NCBI GenBank assembly: GCA_963793305.1
Contig: CAWBZV010000003.1
Location: forward strand, 1,280,001-1,344,000
DNA from: an uncultured Gemmatimonadales bacterium
GTDB taxonomy: Bacteria > Gemmatimonadota > Gemmatimonadetes > Gemmatimonadales > Gemmatimonadaceae
DNA length: 64,000 bases
Direction: 5' to 3'
A program made the position numbers and the translations under genes. Position 1 is the stretch's first letter; every line of letters begins with the position of its first letter. Below, piece by piece: positions 10,568-19,696 of the stretch. The notes under the pieces were generated by a model that did no database searches, had not been told where the DNA came from, and worked only from the letters and a program-made list of their open reading frames with translations.

Positions 10568-13479
10568 GTGGCCGTCACCCTCACCGTCCAATACTGTACG
10601 GGCGGCTGCCCGAAGTACTCGGCGCGTGTGAACCCGCTCCCACCGGGCAAATAATTGAGCTCGGGATCGAGCCCGGGGTACTTGGTCCACGTTGCGAGAT
10701 TCCGACCGGCGACCGTGAGACTGACTGCGCTCGCGCCGAGATGCTTGGCCCATCGCGTGGGCGCGGAGACGGTCATGGCCAACTCGCGCCATTTCCAGAA
10801 CGACCCGTTGTAGTACCATCCGGCATCGCTCAGAGAATTCGCCGCGGCTGCGGCGGCGACCTGATCGCGGAGCGATGTGCGCGGATCGAAGATCTCGCGA
10901 CAATCGGGCGGTCCGGCGGTGACGCACCGGTATTCCTCGGTCGCATCGTAGGCGAGTGCCCCGGCGTGCCGGTCGAAGGTCGCCGAGACCTTGAAGAATC
11001 GAAAGAACGTGAGCGTCGGGATGACCGAGAACTCGTCGGTTGGCTGCGAGTTGCCGAAGAAGACTTCCTGTGGGCCAACCGTGATGTCGGAGATGCTCTT
11101 GTACGTGTACGGGTACGCCCAGAATCCGCCGAGCGAATAGCCAGGTTGATTCTTCTGCGTGTAGCCACCGTCGCCGATATTGTAGCCGGTGGCGACCACG
11201 CCCTGTCCGAGCTGAATCAGTCGATTGTGATTCACGGAGCCGTTCACGGTCAGCTCGGCCGCCAGCGGGCGCGTGTCGAGCAGTCGGCCGCTCACGAGGA
11301 TCTCGAATCCGCGGTTCGAGACCTTGCCGAGGTTGACGGGAATGCTGTCGGCGCCCGTTGACGGGTCGATGGGCTGTTCGACGATCGCATCGCGCGTGGT
11401 CTTGTCGTAGTACGTGAATTGCGCGGTGATGCGATCGTGCCAGAAGCCCAGGTCAGCGCCGCCCTCGTACTCGGTAGAGATCTCTGGCTTGAGGTTCGCG
11501 TTGCCATACTCGCCGGGAATCACGGCTGCCGAATCCACGCCGCCCTTTCGCTGACTGATGGGCACATAGTACGTGAGTGCCTGGAGGCCCGAGAAACGCT
11601 GCCCCGACTCCCCAAACGCGGCCCTCAGCCGCACCGAGCTCACCACGGGGAATTCACCAACGACCCACGACAGGCTGGCCGAGGGGTAGTACGTCAGCGA
11701 CGTGTTCCTGCCCACGGCGCTGTTGCCGTCGGCTCGTCCCGCCACCGTCAGAAAGACCCGGTCACGCCACGCGAACCCCTGCTGCAAAAACCCACCGATC
11801 GTCACTTCCTCCGGCCGCAAATCCGTCGGGGCTAACGGTTGTGTGGTGCCGCCCACGCCCGTGATGCCCTCGGTGAGGTTCGTGCCGCCGGCGGTCGTGA
11901 AGTCGGTGAGGTCGTGCGCGTATTGCGTTCCCGCCGTCGTGGTTCCTCGAAGCGATGGCGCGATGGCGTACTGGGCGGTGCCGGTCAGATTCCCGGTATA
12001 GACGGCTTGCGTGCCCGACGTCGTGATGGCGATGCCCTGAGCCAGCGAACCGCCCCCGGATGTGGGTACGAGGCCAGCCGGCCAATCGTACGCGTCGATC
12101 AACGCATTCTGATCGAGACCGGCGGTCCCGATAAACGACAGCCACGGCAGGGGCTTCCAGTTGGCGGTGACGCCGAGCGTGGTACGATCCGCCGACTGCT
12201 TGTTGTGGATCTGCGCGAGTTGCGCTGGCCCGACCCCTTGGAGGAACCCATGGGTGATCGGATCATTGACCGCGTATCCGTCGAGCGCATCGGCAATCAG
12301 GCCGTAATACTGGTTGTCGTTGAGCGGCAGCTCGGTGCGCCCTTGGACGTAGCCGGCGTTGAACGTCGCGTCGATCGTACGGCTCAATTGCACGCGGACA
12401 TTCGCCCGTCCGGTCAATCGCAAGGTGCTGTTGTTGGCGTAGACGCCTTGCTCGCGATAGTAGTCGCCGGCGACGAAGAACGTCGTGACGTCGGTGCCTC
12501 CGGCGGCGCTCAGCCCGGTCGCTTCCCGGTACCCGCCGATAAATGCGTCGTTCGCCTCGAGGGGATTGAACGACAGGAGCGCCCCGGGCACGCAGCCGCC
12601 GCTCGCGGCGAGCGACAACGTGCAGGCGTTGGTGGGTGTGCCTTCGCGTGCATAGTTCGAAGGGTAGTCCGTGACATCGCGCACGGTCCCGCCTTCGAGA
12701 TTCGCGGTCCATCGCGTGCCGCCGGCGATGCCGTGCTTGGTGGTCACTTGAATGACGCCATTGGCGCCGAGTGTGCCGTAGAGGGCCGAGGCGGCGGGGC
12801 CTTTTAAGATCTCGATGCTCTCGATCTCGTCCGGGCTCAAGTCGTCGAATCGCGACGGCTCTTGGCCGCCGGCGTTCATGAGGCCGGAGCTTTCGGTGTT
12901 GTCGGCTCTGACGCCGTCGATCACGAGCAGCGGCTGGTTGGCTTGGGTGATGCTATTGTTGCCGCGAATGCGGATCTGTTGTCCGGCGCCGGTCTCACCG
13001 GAGTTGAGTGATACGACGACGCCGGCGGCACGGCCCTGCAGCACGTCGGAGAAGCTGGTGACGGCGGCCTTGCTCAGGGAGTCGACGGTTATCGTCGCGA
13101 TGGAGTTGCCGATTTCGCGTTCGCGCTCGGTTGTGCCGGCGGCCGTCACGATCTGGAGGTCGAGCTGGACGGCGCTCGCGGTCAGCGCGAAGTCCACGGT
13201 CGTCACGCCGGAATCGCCGACCGTGGCGCGATTCGTCTGCTGCTGAAAACCGAGGCGCAGGGCCCGCAGGGTCACAACGCCTGGTGCGACACCCGTCAGA
13301 CGATACGTGCCGTCACTTCTCGTGGTCGCAACGAGATCGGTTCCTACGACCCGTACTTGCGCGCCCGCAATCGGCGCGCGCGAGGCCGAATCGCTCACGC
13401 GACCAGCGATCGCCGCGCGTTGCGCGCTGACGATCGCTGGGACGAGGGCCCCGAGAACGGCCCATTGATAGCGGAACAT
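10561..13479 (-). CDS. SusC/RagA family TonB-linked outer membrane protein
   Basis: Carboxypeptidase-regulatory-like N-domain, IRIRG...PLLVIDG, IESIEILKGPAASALYG...GVIQVTTK, NLKPE, GRNLATWTKYPGLDPE. Confidence 0.92.
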   Translation of the reverse strand: MFRYQWAVLGALVPAIVSAQRAAIAGRVSDSASRAPIAGAQVRVVGTDLVATTRSDGTYRLTGVAPGVVTLRALRLGFQQQTNRATVGDSGVTTVDFALTASAVQLDLQIVTAAGTTEREREIGNSIATITVDSLSKAAVTSFSDVLQGRAAGVVVSLNSGETGAGQQIRIRGNNSITQANQPLLVIDGVRADNTESSGLMNAGGQEPSRFDDLSPDEIESIEILKGPAASALYGTLGANGVIQVTTKHGIAGGTRWTANLEGGTVRDVTDYPSNYAREGTPTNACTLSLAASGGCVPGALLSFNPLEANDAFIGGYREATGLSAAGGTDVTTFFVAGDYYREQGVYANNSTLRLTGRANVRVQLSRTIDATFNAGYVQGRTELPLNDNQYYGLIADALDGYAVNDPITHGFLQGVGPAQLAQIHNKQSADRTTLGVTANWKPLPWLSFIGTAGLDQNALIDAYDWPAGLVPTSGGGSLAQGIAITTSGTQAVYTGNLTGTAQYAIAPSLRGTTTAGTQYAHDLTDFTTAGGTNLTEGITGVGGTTQPLAPTDLRPEEVTIGGFLQQGFAWRDRVFLTVAGRADGNSAVGRNTSLTYYPSASLSWVVGEFPVVSSVRLRAAFGESGQRFSGLQALTYYVPISQRKGGVDSAAVIPGEYGNANLKPEISTEYEGGADLGFWHDRITAQFTYYDKTTRDAIVEQPIDPSTGADSIPVNLGKVSNRGFEILVSGRLLDTRPLAAELTVNGSVNHNRLIQLGQGVVATGYNIGDGGYTQKNQPGYSLGGFWAYPYTYKSISDITVGPQEVFFGNSQPTDEFSVIPTLTFFRFFKVSATFDRHAGALAYDATEEYRCVTAGPPDCREIFDPRTSLRDQVAAAAAANSLSDAGWYYNGSFWKWRELAMTVSAPTRWAKHLGASAVSLTVAGRNLATWTKYPGLDPELNYLPGGSGFTRAEYFGQPPVQYWTVRVTATW

Positions 13480-13556
13480 GGCGCCAACATACCGGAGACA
13501 GATGAGGTGTCTGCATTTCGGCGCCTTGAGTTACAGGACGGTGACCGGACCGTCGC

Positions 13557-14111
13557 CTACGCTTTCGGCATCAACACGCGATCGATGACGTGGATGACGC
13601 CGTTCGATTGCTTGACATCGGTGATCGAGATGTCCGCCACGTTCCCCTGCTCGTCCTTGACGACGAGGTTCGTGCGGCCATTCATCATGAACCACAACAT
13701 GCCGCCTTGCACGGTCTTGAGCGACGCCGTGCCGTTGCCCTGCTTGATGGCCTTGGTCAGCGCATCGAGATCGTAGTTGCCTGCCACAACGTGATAGGTC
13801 AGCACGTTGGTGAGCATGCCCTTATTCTCGGGTTTGAGCAGATTATCGACCGTTCCCGCGGGCAACGCGGCAAACGCTTCGTTTGTCGGGGCAAACACGG
13901 TGAACGGGCCTTTGCCTTGCAGTGTCGGCACGAGGCCGGCGGCCTTCACCGCCGCGACAAGCGTCGTATGATCCGCCGAGTTGAGCGCGTTCGTAATGAT
14001 GTCTTTGCGTGGCGACATCGCTTGGCCGCCGACCATCACGTCCATTTGCGCAGCGAGGGGCATCGCACCGGCGCACGTCGCCAGTGCGAGAGCAATCGAG
14101 AGCTTTCGCAT
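13557..14111 (-). CDS. Fasciclin (FAS1) domain protein
   Basis: TLVAAVKAAGL, GPFTVFAPTNEAF, LTYHVV, SNGVIHVIDRVL; signal peptide. Confidence 0.93.
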   Translation of the reverse strand: MRKLSIALALATCAGAMPLAAQMDVMVGGQAMSPRKDIITNALNSADHTTLVAAVKAAGLVPTLQGKGPFTVFAPTNEAFAALPAGTVDNLLKPENKGMLTNVLTYHVVAGNYDLDALTKAIKQGNGTASLKTVQGGMLWFMMNGRTNLVVKDEQGNVADISITDVKQSNGVIHVIDRVLMPKA

Positions 14112-14146
14112 TGATTGAGATCCTATGTTGAGGGGTTCGCCATGTG

Positions 14147-14172
14147 TACGTTTTCGCGGGGCAGATCGGATC
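14147..14172 (-). promoter_or_regulatory. Candidate SigK-like ECF promoter for the fasciclin gene
   Basis: Minus strand GATCC-N17-CGTA, 35 nt upstream of the ATG; FAS1 genes are typical targets of SigK-type ECFs. Confidence 0.45.
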
Positions 14173-14262
14173 TCTCTCTTCACCCAACGCCTGGAACGGC
14201 GCGCTGGTAGACGGTTATGATGCACGCACGACATACCCCAGGGACTTAGAGAGGAAACCGCT

Positions 14263-15885
14263 GTGCGATTCGTTACGTGTGTGTTTGTCGTCGCTGCCGT
14301 AACGGCTTGCGGCAGTTCCAACAGCACCTCCGGCCCCCAGGCGCACGGCAATTGTTCGCCGGCCTCGGCCACGCTCGCCGTCTATCAAGGCGCGTCATTC
14401 AACTGCGCCGGCGGAACAGGGATCACCCTGAACGGCAGCAACGCCACCTATCTCGTCGTCCCGCAGTTCGCCGTCGGCGACGTTGCCTACACCACGAACA
14501 CGTTCCAGATCGAGCGATCCGGCTCGGCTTCCGCCGCCGCGCAGATGGTTGCCGCGACCGCGCGATTCGCGCGTACGCCGTACGCTGGTCATAACCTGCG
14601 CCAGGCCAAGTTTGATGGGATGTTGCGCGCGCGAGGGCGCCGACTGGCCGCCGCGCGCGCGGGCATATCCGCTCAAATCGCCAAGCAAACGCTTCCCAAT
14701 AGCCGGACGTTCTGGGTGTTCGCCGATACGCTGGCGGAGACGTACAAGCAGATCACGGCCACCCTGGTCTATGATGGCGACAGCGTGGCCGTCTATCTCG
14801 ACAACGCCTCGCCACCGGGATTCTCGGGGCAGCAGCTCACAGAGTTCGGCACGCTGGATGACCAGGTGCTCTATCGGATCGTGGTCAACACGTTCGCGCG
14901 GCCCACGGATATCGACAACAACGGCCACGTGATCATGCTGCTGACGCCGGCCGTCAACGCGCTGACACCGGCGCCTGACTGCTCGACCGAAGGGTTCGTC
15001 GCCGGCTACTTCGACCCCAACGATCTCACGCCCTCGGCCCCGAACTCGAACGCTGGCGAAATCTTCTACGGGATCGTGCCCGACCCGAACGGCGCCGCGC
15101 ACAGTTGCGCACACTCGGTCGACGACGTTTTCTCGATCATTCCCGGGACGTTCATGCACGAGCTGCAGCACATGATCTCGTATGGGCAGCACGTGCTGAT
15201 TCACGGCGCTCAACCGGAAGAAGGCTGGCTCGACGAGGGGATGAGCATTGTCTCGACCGAGCTCGGTGGCCTGCATTACGACTCGTTGTACCAGGCGACC
15301 GGGAATACGGCCTACGCGGACTCGGCCCCACCGTACGTCGACGAGCAGTTCAACGACTCGTACAATTATCTCCAGAATCCCGACACGGCGTCCCTGACGC
15401 TGCACACCGACGCCGATTGCTGCCTCGAATGGCGCGGCGGCGATTGGCTCATGCTGCGGTATATCGGCGACCAGAAAGGCCAGGCCATCTACCACACGAT
15501 GGAGACGAGCACCAACATCGGGACGGCCAACATTGCGGCCGCTTCCGGCGAGTCGTTTCCGACGATCTTCGGCACGTTCGGCGTCGCGGCGTACACCGAC
15601 AGCCTGCCCGGTCACACGCGGGACTCGATTCCGGCGCAGTACAAGTTCACGACCTGGAATTTCCGCACGGTCTACGAGAACAACGTCGGGCCGAACTATC
15701 CCATCCAACCCATCGCGCTCTCGCCGAGCGCGTCGACGTCCGGGAGGATGGTGCCGGGAACAAGTGCGTACTACACGATCACGACGCCAGCTGGTGCGAG
15801 TTCTGTGACGATTGTGTTCGGAACATTGAGCGGGGCGTTCTCTTCCAGCCTCAACCCGCAGGTGCTAGTCTTCAGGACACAATGA
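14263..15885 (+). CDS. Lipoprotein zinc metallopeptidase (M30/hyicolysin-like)
   Basis: Lipobox VTAC; TDIDNNGHVIMLLT, GYF, HELQHMI...WLDEGMS (HExxH...E). Confidence 0.75.
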   Translation: MRFVTCVFVVAAVTACGSSNSTSGPQAHGNCSPASATLAVYQGASFNCAGGTGITLNGSNATYLVVPQFAVGDVAYTTNTFQIERSGSASAAAQMVAATARFARTPYAGHNLRQAKFDGMLRARGRRLAAARAGISAQIAKQTLPNSRTFWVFADTLAETYKQITATLVYDGDSVAVYLDNASPPGFSGQQLTEFGTLDDQVLYRIVVNTFARPTDIDNNGHVIMLLTPAVNALTPAPDCSTEGFVAGYFDPNDLTPSAPNSNAGEIFYGIVPDPNGAAHSCAHSVDDVFSIIPGTFMHELQHMISYGQHVLIHGAQPEEGWLDEGMSIVSTELGGLHYDSLYQATGNTAYADSAPPYVDEQFNDSYNYLQNPDTASLTLHTDADCCLEWRGGDWLMLRYIGDQKGQAIYHTMETSTNIGTANIAAASGESFPTIFGTFGVAAYTDSLPGHTRDSIPAQYKFTTWNFRTVYENNVGPNYPIQPIALSPSASTSGRMVPGTSAYYTITTPAGASSVTIVFGTLSGAFSSSLNPQVLVFRTQ

Positions 15886-15895
15886 TCCTGGCACT

Positions 15896-16270
15896 ATGAT
15901 CTGGCGACGGCTGGGCGCGCTCTTCGTCGGTCTCGCGTTTGCGTTCGCGACGACCGAGCCGCTCGGCCATCATCATTGTCCTGTGCACGACGGCATTGTG
16001 TCGGACATGGACGCGATGCCGGGGCACCACATGCCCGCGCCGAGCCATTCGCAGACGCCGGAGCACTCGCACCAATGCACGTGTCTTGGCGCATCGTGCT
16101 GCGCGGTCGCGATCACGACGCCTTCTGATCGTCTTGTTGCTCTCCCGGTCGTACCGGTCACGATCGTTCGCATTGCCGCCGTCGCGCGAAGCGCCGACGA
16201 GCGGCCCATGTCCCATGAGGACGTCCTCCTCCCTCCGCCGATAGGCCCGCCCGAGTCGCTCCCAGTCTGA
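15896..16270 (+). CDS. His/Cys-rich DUF2946-like leader protein upstream of a TBDR
   Basis: N-terminal hydrophobic helix, HHHCPVH, HSHQCTCLGASCC, C-terminal PPPIGPP; 40 nt before the TBDR. Confidence 0.7.
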   Translation: MIWRRLGALFVGLAFAFATTEPLGHHHCPVHDGIVSDMDAMPGHHMPAPSHSQTPEHSHQCTCLGASCCAVAITTPSDRLVALPVVPVTIVRIAAVARSADERPMSHEDVLLPPPIGPPESLPV

Positions 16271-16310
16271 TCTGATCTTCTTTTTTCCTTGACTAGGGAG
16301 CACCACCACA

Positions 16311-18422
16311 ATGCTAGTTCGTCTGTTCGCGCTCGCTGCGGCGTGCGCGTTGTTGCCATCCATCGCTGAGTCGCAACAGGATACGACGCATCGCAAGCCC
16401 GACTCGACGGCGACGCCGAGCCCGGCGCGACTCCGCGCGATCACGATCACCACCACGCCCGTCGAGCGCTCCGAGCCGCTTACGGTCATCACCGTCAACC
16501 AACAACAGCTCTCGATGTCCCCGGCAAACTCGCCGTGGGAGCTTCTGCGCGAGACCGCCGGTCTCGAAGCGCATGAGCAGGGCCAGGGCCCAGGATTCGC
16601 CTCCGACATGTCGGTGCGAGGGTTCAGCTCGGACCACTCCACCGATATCGCGCTCTATATCGACGGTGTCCCGATCAACGAACCGGTGAACGGGCACGCC
16701 GAGGGCTACAACGACCTGAATTTGCTCTTTCCCGATATCGTCACCGGTATCGACGTCGTCCACGGCCCGACGAGCGCGCTCTACGGCAATTTCGCGTTCT
16801 CCGGAGCCGTGAACGTCCGCACACTGGACCGCTACGATGGCTATCAGCTCGAGGCCACCGGTGGCTCGTTCGGGAATGGCGGCGGGTCGGCGATCATCGG
16901 CTTCAACGATCCGCACGCGGGCGGCGTCTTCGCCATCCAAGGCCTTCGCGAGGATGGCTGGCGCGCGCACTCCGAGAACCAGTACGGCCACGTGCACTCT
17001 CAGGTCTTCGTCGACCTGAGCACGCGCACGCACCTGCATGCGGGCGTGGACGCGTATCTCACGTCCTACGACTCACCGGGATTCCTGGACTCCACGCGGT
17101 ACAACTCCCGCACATACAACTTCGTCTCCAATTTCGGCGACGGCGGCTACAAGCGGCACGCGATGGAGCACATGAGCCTCCAGACGTTCCTGCGTCCCGA
17201 CTTGCAATGGCGCTCCACGGTCTACGCGACCCAAGGCACTTGGAATTTCTGGCTGAGCACTCCGCCGGGCCTCGGCGGGTTGACCGAAGGGACGGGGGCC
17301 GAGACTCACGAGTACAACGGCCGATATGGGTTCGGCGCGAATTCGGCGCTGACCTTCGCCCGGCACGGCGTGGATATCACGCTGGGCGCCGAGATCCGAT
17401 ACGACTGGTCGCACTACGGCAACTGGGCGGAAAGCTCGACGGGATTCCGGCAAGACTCGGCGCCGCTGATCCTGGCCGAGCCGGCACGGCAGACGTCAGG
17501 AGGGTTGTATCTCCAGAGCGGCTTCGACGTGTCGAAATACGCACGCATCGATCTCGGCGGGCGAGTCGACCAGCTCTCGAGCTCCGTCCGCCAACCCCAA
17601 TCGGATTCGACCGGCGCGCTGATCGTGAATCAGCTCTACGATTCGCAGCACAGCAAAGGGGTCTTCTCTCCGAAAGTTGGCCTGCTGATCAAGCCGTTCG
17701 TCGACGTGGGCGAGCCCGGTCTCGGTCTATTTGTGAACGTCTCGCGCGGATTCCGGCAGACCGATGGCATCATCACCGACCCGACGTTGCCGTTCATCTT
17801 CGTCTGGGACTACGAGGCCGGCATCAAGTTCGAGCACGGGCCGTTCGGCATCGATGCATCGCTCTTTCGGATGGACGTGAATAACGAGCAGTCGTTCGAT
17901 CCGGTCTTGCAGCGCTCGATCGGTGGCGGCGAGAGCCGCCGCAACGGCCTGGACGTCCAGGCGCACGCTCGGATCATCCGCGGCATCACCGCGACGACCG
18001 ATTTCACCATTTTGCACGCGTTCTACACGCATTTCGTCGATCCCGGCCTGATCGCCGCGGGGGATACGACGAAAGGCGGCCGGGACTCGGCGACCTTCAC
18101 CGGCTATCCGATTTACAACACGTCCAAGTACGTCGGCTCGGCCGCGATCGACGCGAATATTCCCGGCCAGATCTGGACCGCGCGGATCGGCACGACGTTC
18201 AATGGTCCGTATACGCCGTTCGAGGAGAGGGGCATACTGCGGCCAGGGTATGCACTACTCAATGTCGAGGGTGGCGTGCGTGTCTATCACGGGACCACAC
18301 TCCTCCTCGGCGTCCGCAATCTCGTGAATACGCCGTACCGTGAGCTCGAGTCCGGTGGACAGGTCACACCGGGGCAGTCGCAGACGTTCTACGCGACGGT
18401 CAGGTACGATGGGGCTTGGTGA
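16311..18422 (+). CDS. TonB-dependent receptor (probably metal uptake)
   Basis: Signal peptide, plug VRGFSSDHSTDIALYIDGVPIN...HAEGY, GPTSALYG, FSPKVG, C-terminal RNLVNTPY...FYATVRY. Confidence 0.9.
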   Translation: MLVRLFALAAACALLPSIAESQQDTTHRKPDSTATPSPARLRAITITTTPVERSEPLTVITVNQQQLSMSPANSPWELLRETAGLEAHEQGQGPGFASDMSVRGFSSDHSTDIALYIDGVPINEPVNGHAEGYNDLNLLFPDIVTGIDVVHGPTSALYGNFAFSGAVNVRTLDRYDGYQLEATGGSFGNGGGSAIIGFNDPHAGGVFAIQGLREDGWRAHSENQYGHVHSQVFVDLSTRTHLHAGVDAYLTSYDSPGFLDSTRYNSRTYNFVSNFGDGGYKRHAMEHMSLQTFLRPDLQWRSTVYATQGTWNFWLSTPPGLGGLTEGTGAETHEYNGRYGFGANSALTFARHGVDITLGAEIRYDWSHYGNWAESSTGFRQDSAPLILAEPARQTSGGLYLQSGFDVSKYARIDLGGRVDQLSSSVRQPQSDSTGALIVNQLYDSQHSKGVFSPKVGLLIKPFVDVGEPGLGLFVNVSRGFRQTDGIITDPTLPFIFVWDYEAGIKFEHGPFGIDASLFRMDVNNEQSFDPVLQRSIGGGESRRNGLDVQAHARIIRGITATTDFTILHAFYTHFVDPGLIAAGDTTKGGRDSATFTGYPIYNTSKYVGSAAIDANIPGQIWTARIGTTFNGPYTPFEERGILRPGYALLNVEGGVRVYHGTTLLLGVRNLVNTPYRELESGGQVTPGQSQTFYATVRYDGAW

Positions 18423-18723
18423 TCAGCTTACCGTTCTTGATCTCACGGGACCAGACGATCGCGCCGGTGGCGTTGACCTGCGCGATCGTCAGGTGGTGCG
18501 GGCCGCGGGCGTTCTTGAGCCAGGCGGAGAGCCCCGGGTTGGAAATCACGCCGCGCGTCAGCGTGATCCGCGTTGGCCCGGTTCCCGTCGGAAGCTTTCT
18601 CACGAAAAGCCCGCCGTCGTCGCCTTCCCGGTACTCGACGACGCTCGTGTCGCTCGTCAGGCCGCTGGCTTCGCTGAAGCTACCGACAGTTTGTCCGTTG
18701 ACCTTCAAGACGTAAGCGTTCAT
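18400..18723 (-). CDS. Orphan, C-terminally short gp19/eCIS-type tail tube protein
   Basis: FSEASGL...VVEYREG...VRKLP...ITLTRGV...LSAW signature of T4 gp19-like tube proteins; only 107 aa. Confidence 0.75.
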   Translation of the reverse strand: MNAYVLKVNGQTVGSFSEASGLTSDTSVVEYREGDDGGLFVRKLPTGTGPTRITLTRGVISNPGLSAWLKNARGPHHLTIAQVNATGAIVWSREIKNGKLITKPHRT

Positions 18724-18745
18724 ACCGAACGGTAATGCCGGCGGC

Positions 18746-19696
18746 TCACCAGGGAACGCCGCCCATCTGGGCAGCGCCCATCATGGTGGACATCTGCCGC
18801 CAGTCGGCGATGGACGTGACCGAGGACGTGACATCGCGATAGCGGGCCGCGGCCGCGAGCACTTCGGCGCGCTTCCGCGAGGCTGGCACGTCGGGCGACG
18901 CGAGAATGTCGGCGACGACATCGTGAAACGCGTGCAGGTTATCGAAGATGATCGCCGCCTCCGGATACCGCCCGGCGAACTCCGGCGCGATCGCGGCCGT
19001 CATCGGCATGACGCTCGGCATGTGCGCCGGCGGATCCTCGAGCATCGCCCGAAATCGCCGCACGACCGTGTCGACATTCGCCTGGCGCTGGGCCGGCGTC
19101 GCGCCCCGCATCAAAGCGTCGTACAGCACGATCTGCATCCAATGGTACGACCACAAGAGGCCGGTGAACTTGGGATACGTCTTCCGAAATGCCTTCGAGT
19201 AGAACTGACCGTCCATGAGCGACATGCTCTTCGGCGTCGCGCTGAACGCCAGATCGCCGCGTGAGCGATAGTACCGGATCACGGTCGCCACCGCGCTGTC
19301 TTTCGCGGCCGGCGGAATGTCGTCGTCGGCCCAGATGTCGTAGATCTGCCGGTGCAGGATGTGCGCCCACTCGAACATCTCGTGCGCCTCGGGCAAGAGC
19401 TGCGCATAACGCGGCCCGATAGCCTCCTCGTCCAGCGGTACGGCCGGCGGGTGCACCAACAGATGGTCGACGATGAAGGTGAATCGATCCTGCTCGATCC
19501 GACTCGCGGGCCCATTGGGATGCGCGATCAGCTCCTCGTAGACGATCGCGTGGCCATAATCGAACGCGTTGAAGAGTCGATCTGCCGTCGGATACTTGTG
19601 CCGAAACGCCCAGTTGTGCGGCGCCGGCATGTAGGTCTGCTCGTAATACGCACACCCACCGAACAGGACCGCCGCAAGGATCGCCTTAGTGCGCAC
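18746..19696 (-). CDS. His/Met-rich helical lipoprotein with internal duplication
   Basis: GTG start; lipobox-like FGGC; two homologous halves (FRHKYP..YGH..PEAHEMFEWAHILH / FRKTYP..SYH..PEAAIIFDNLHAFH). Confidence 0.75.
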   Translation of the reverse strand: MRTKAILAAVLFGGCAYYEQTYMPAPHNWAFRHKYPTADRLFNAFDYGHAIVYEELIAHPNGPASRIEQDRFTFIVDHLLVHPPAVPLDEEAIGPRYAQLLPEAHEMFEWAHILHRQIYDIWADDDIPPAAKDSAVATVIRYYRSRGDLAFSATPKSMSLMDGQFYSKAFRKTYPKFTGLLWSYHWMQIVLYDALMRGATPAQRQANVDTVVRRFRAMLEDPPAHMPSVMPMTAAIAPEFAGRYPEAAIIFDNLHAFHDVVADILASPDVPASRKRAEVLAAAARYRDVTSSVTSIADWRQMSTMMGAAQMGGVPW

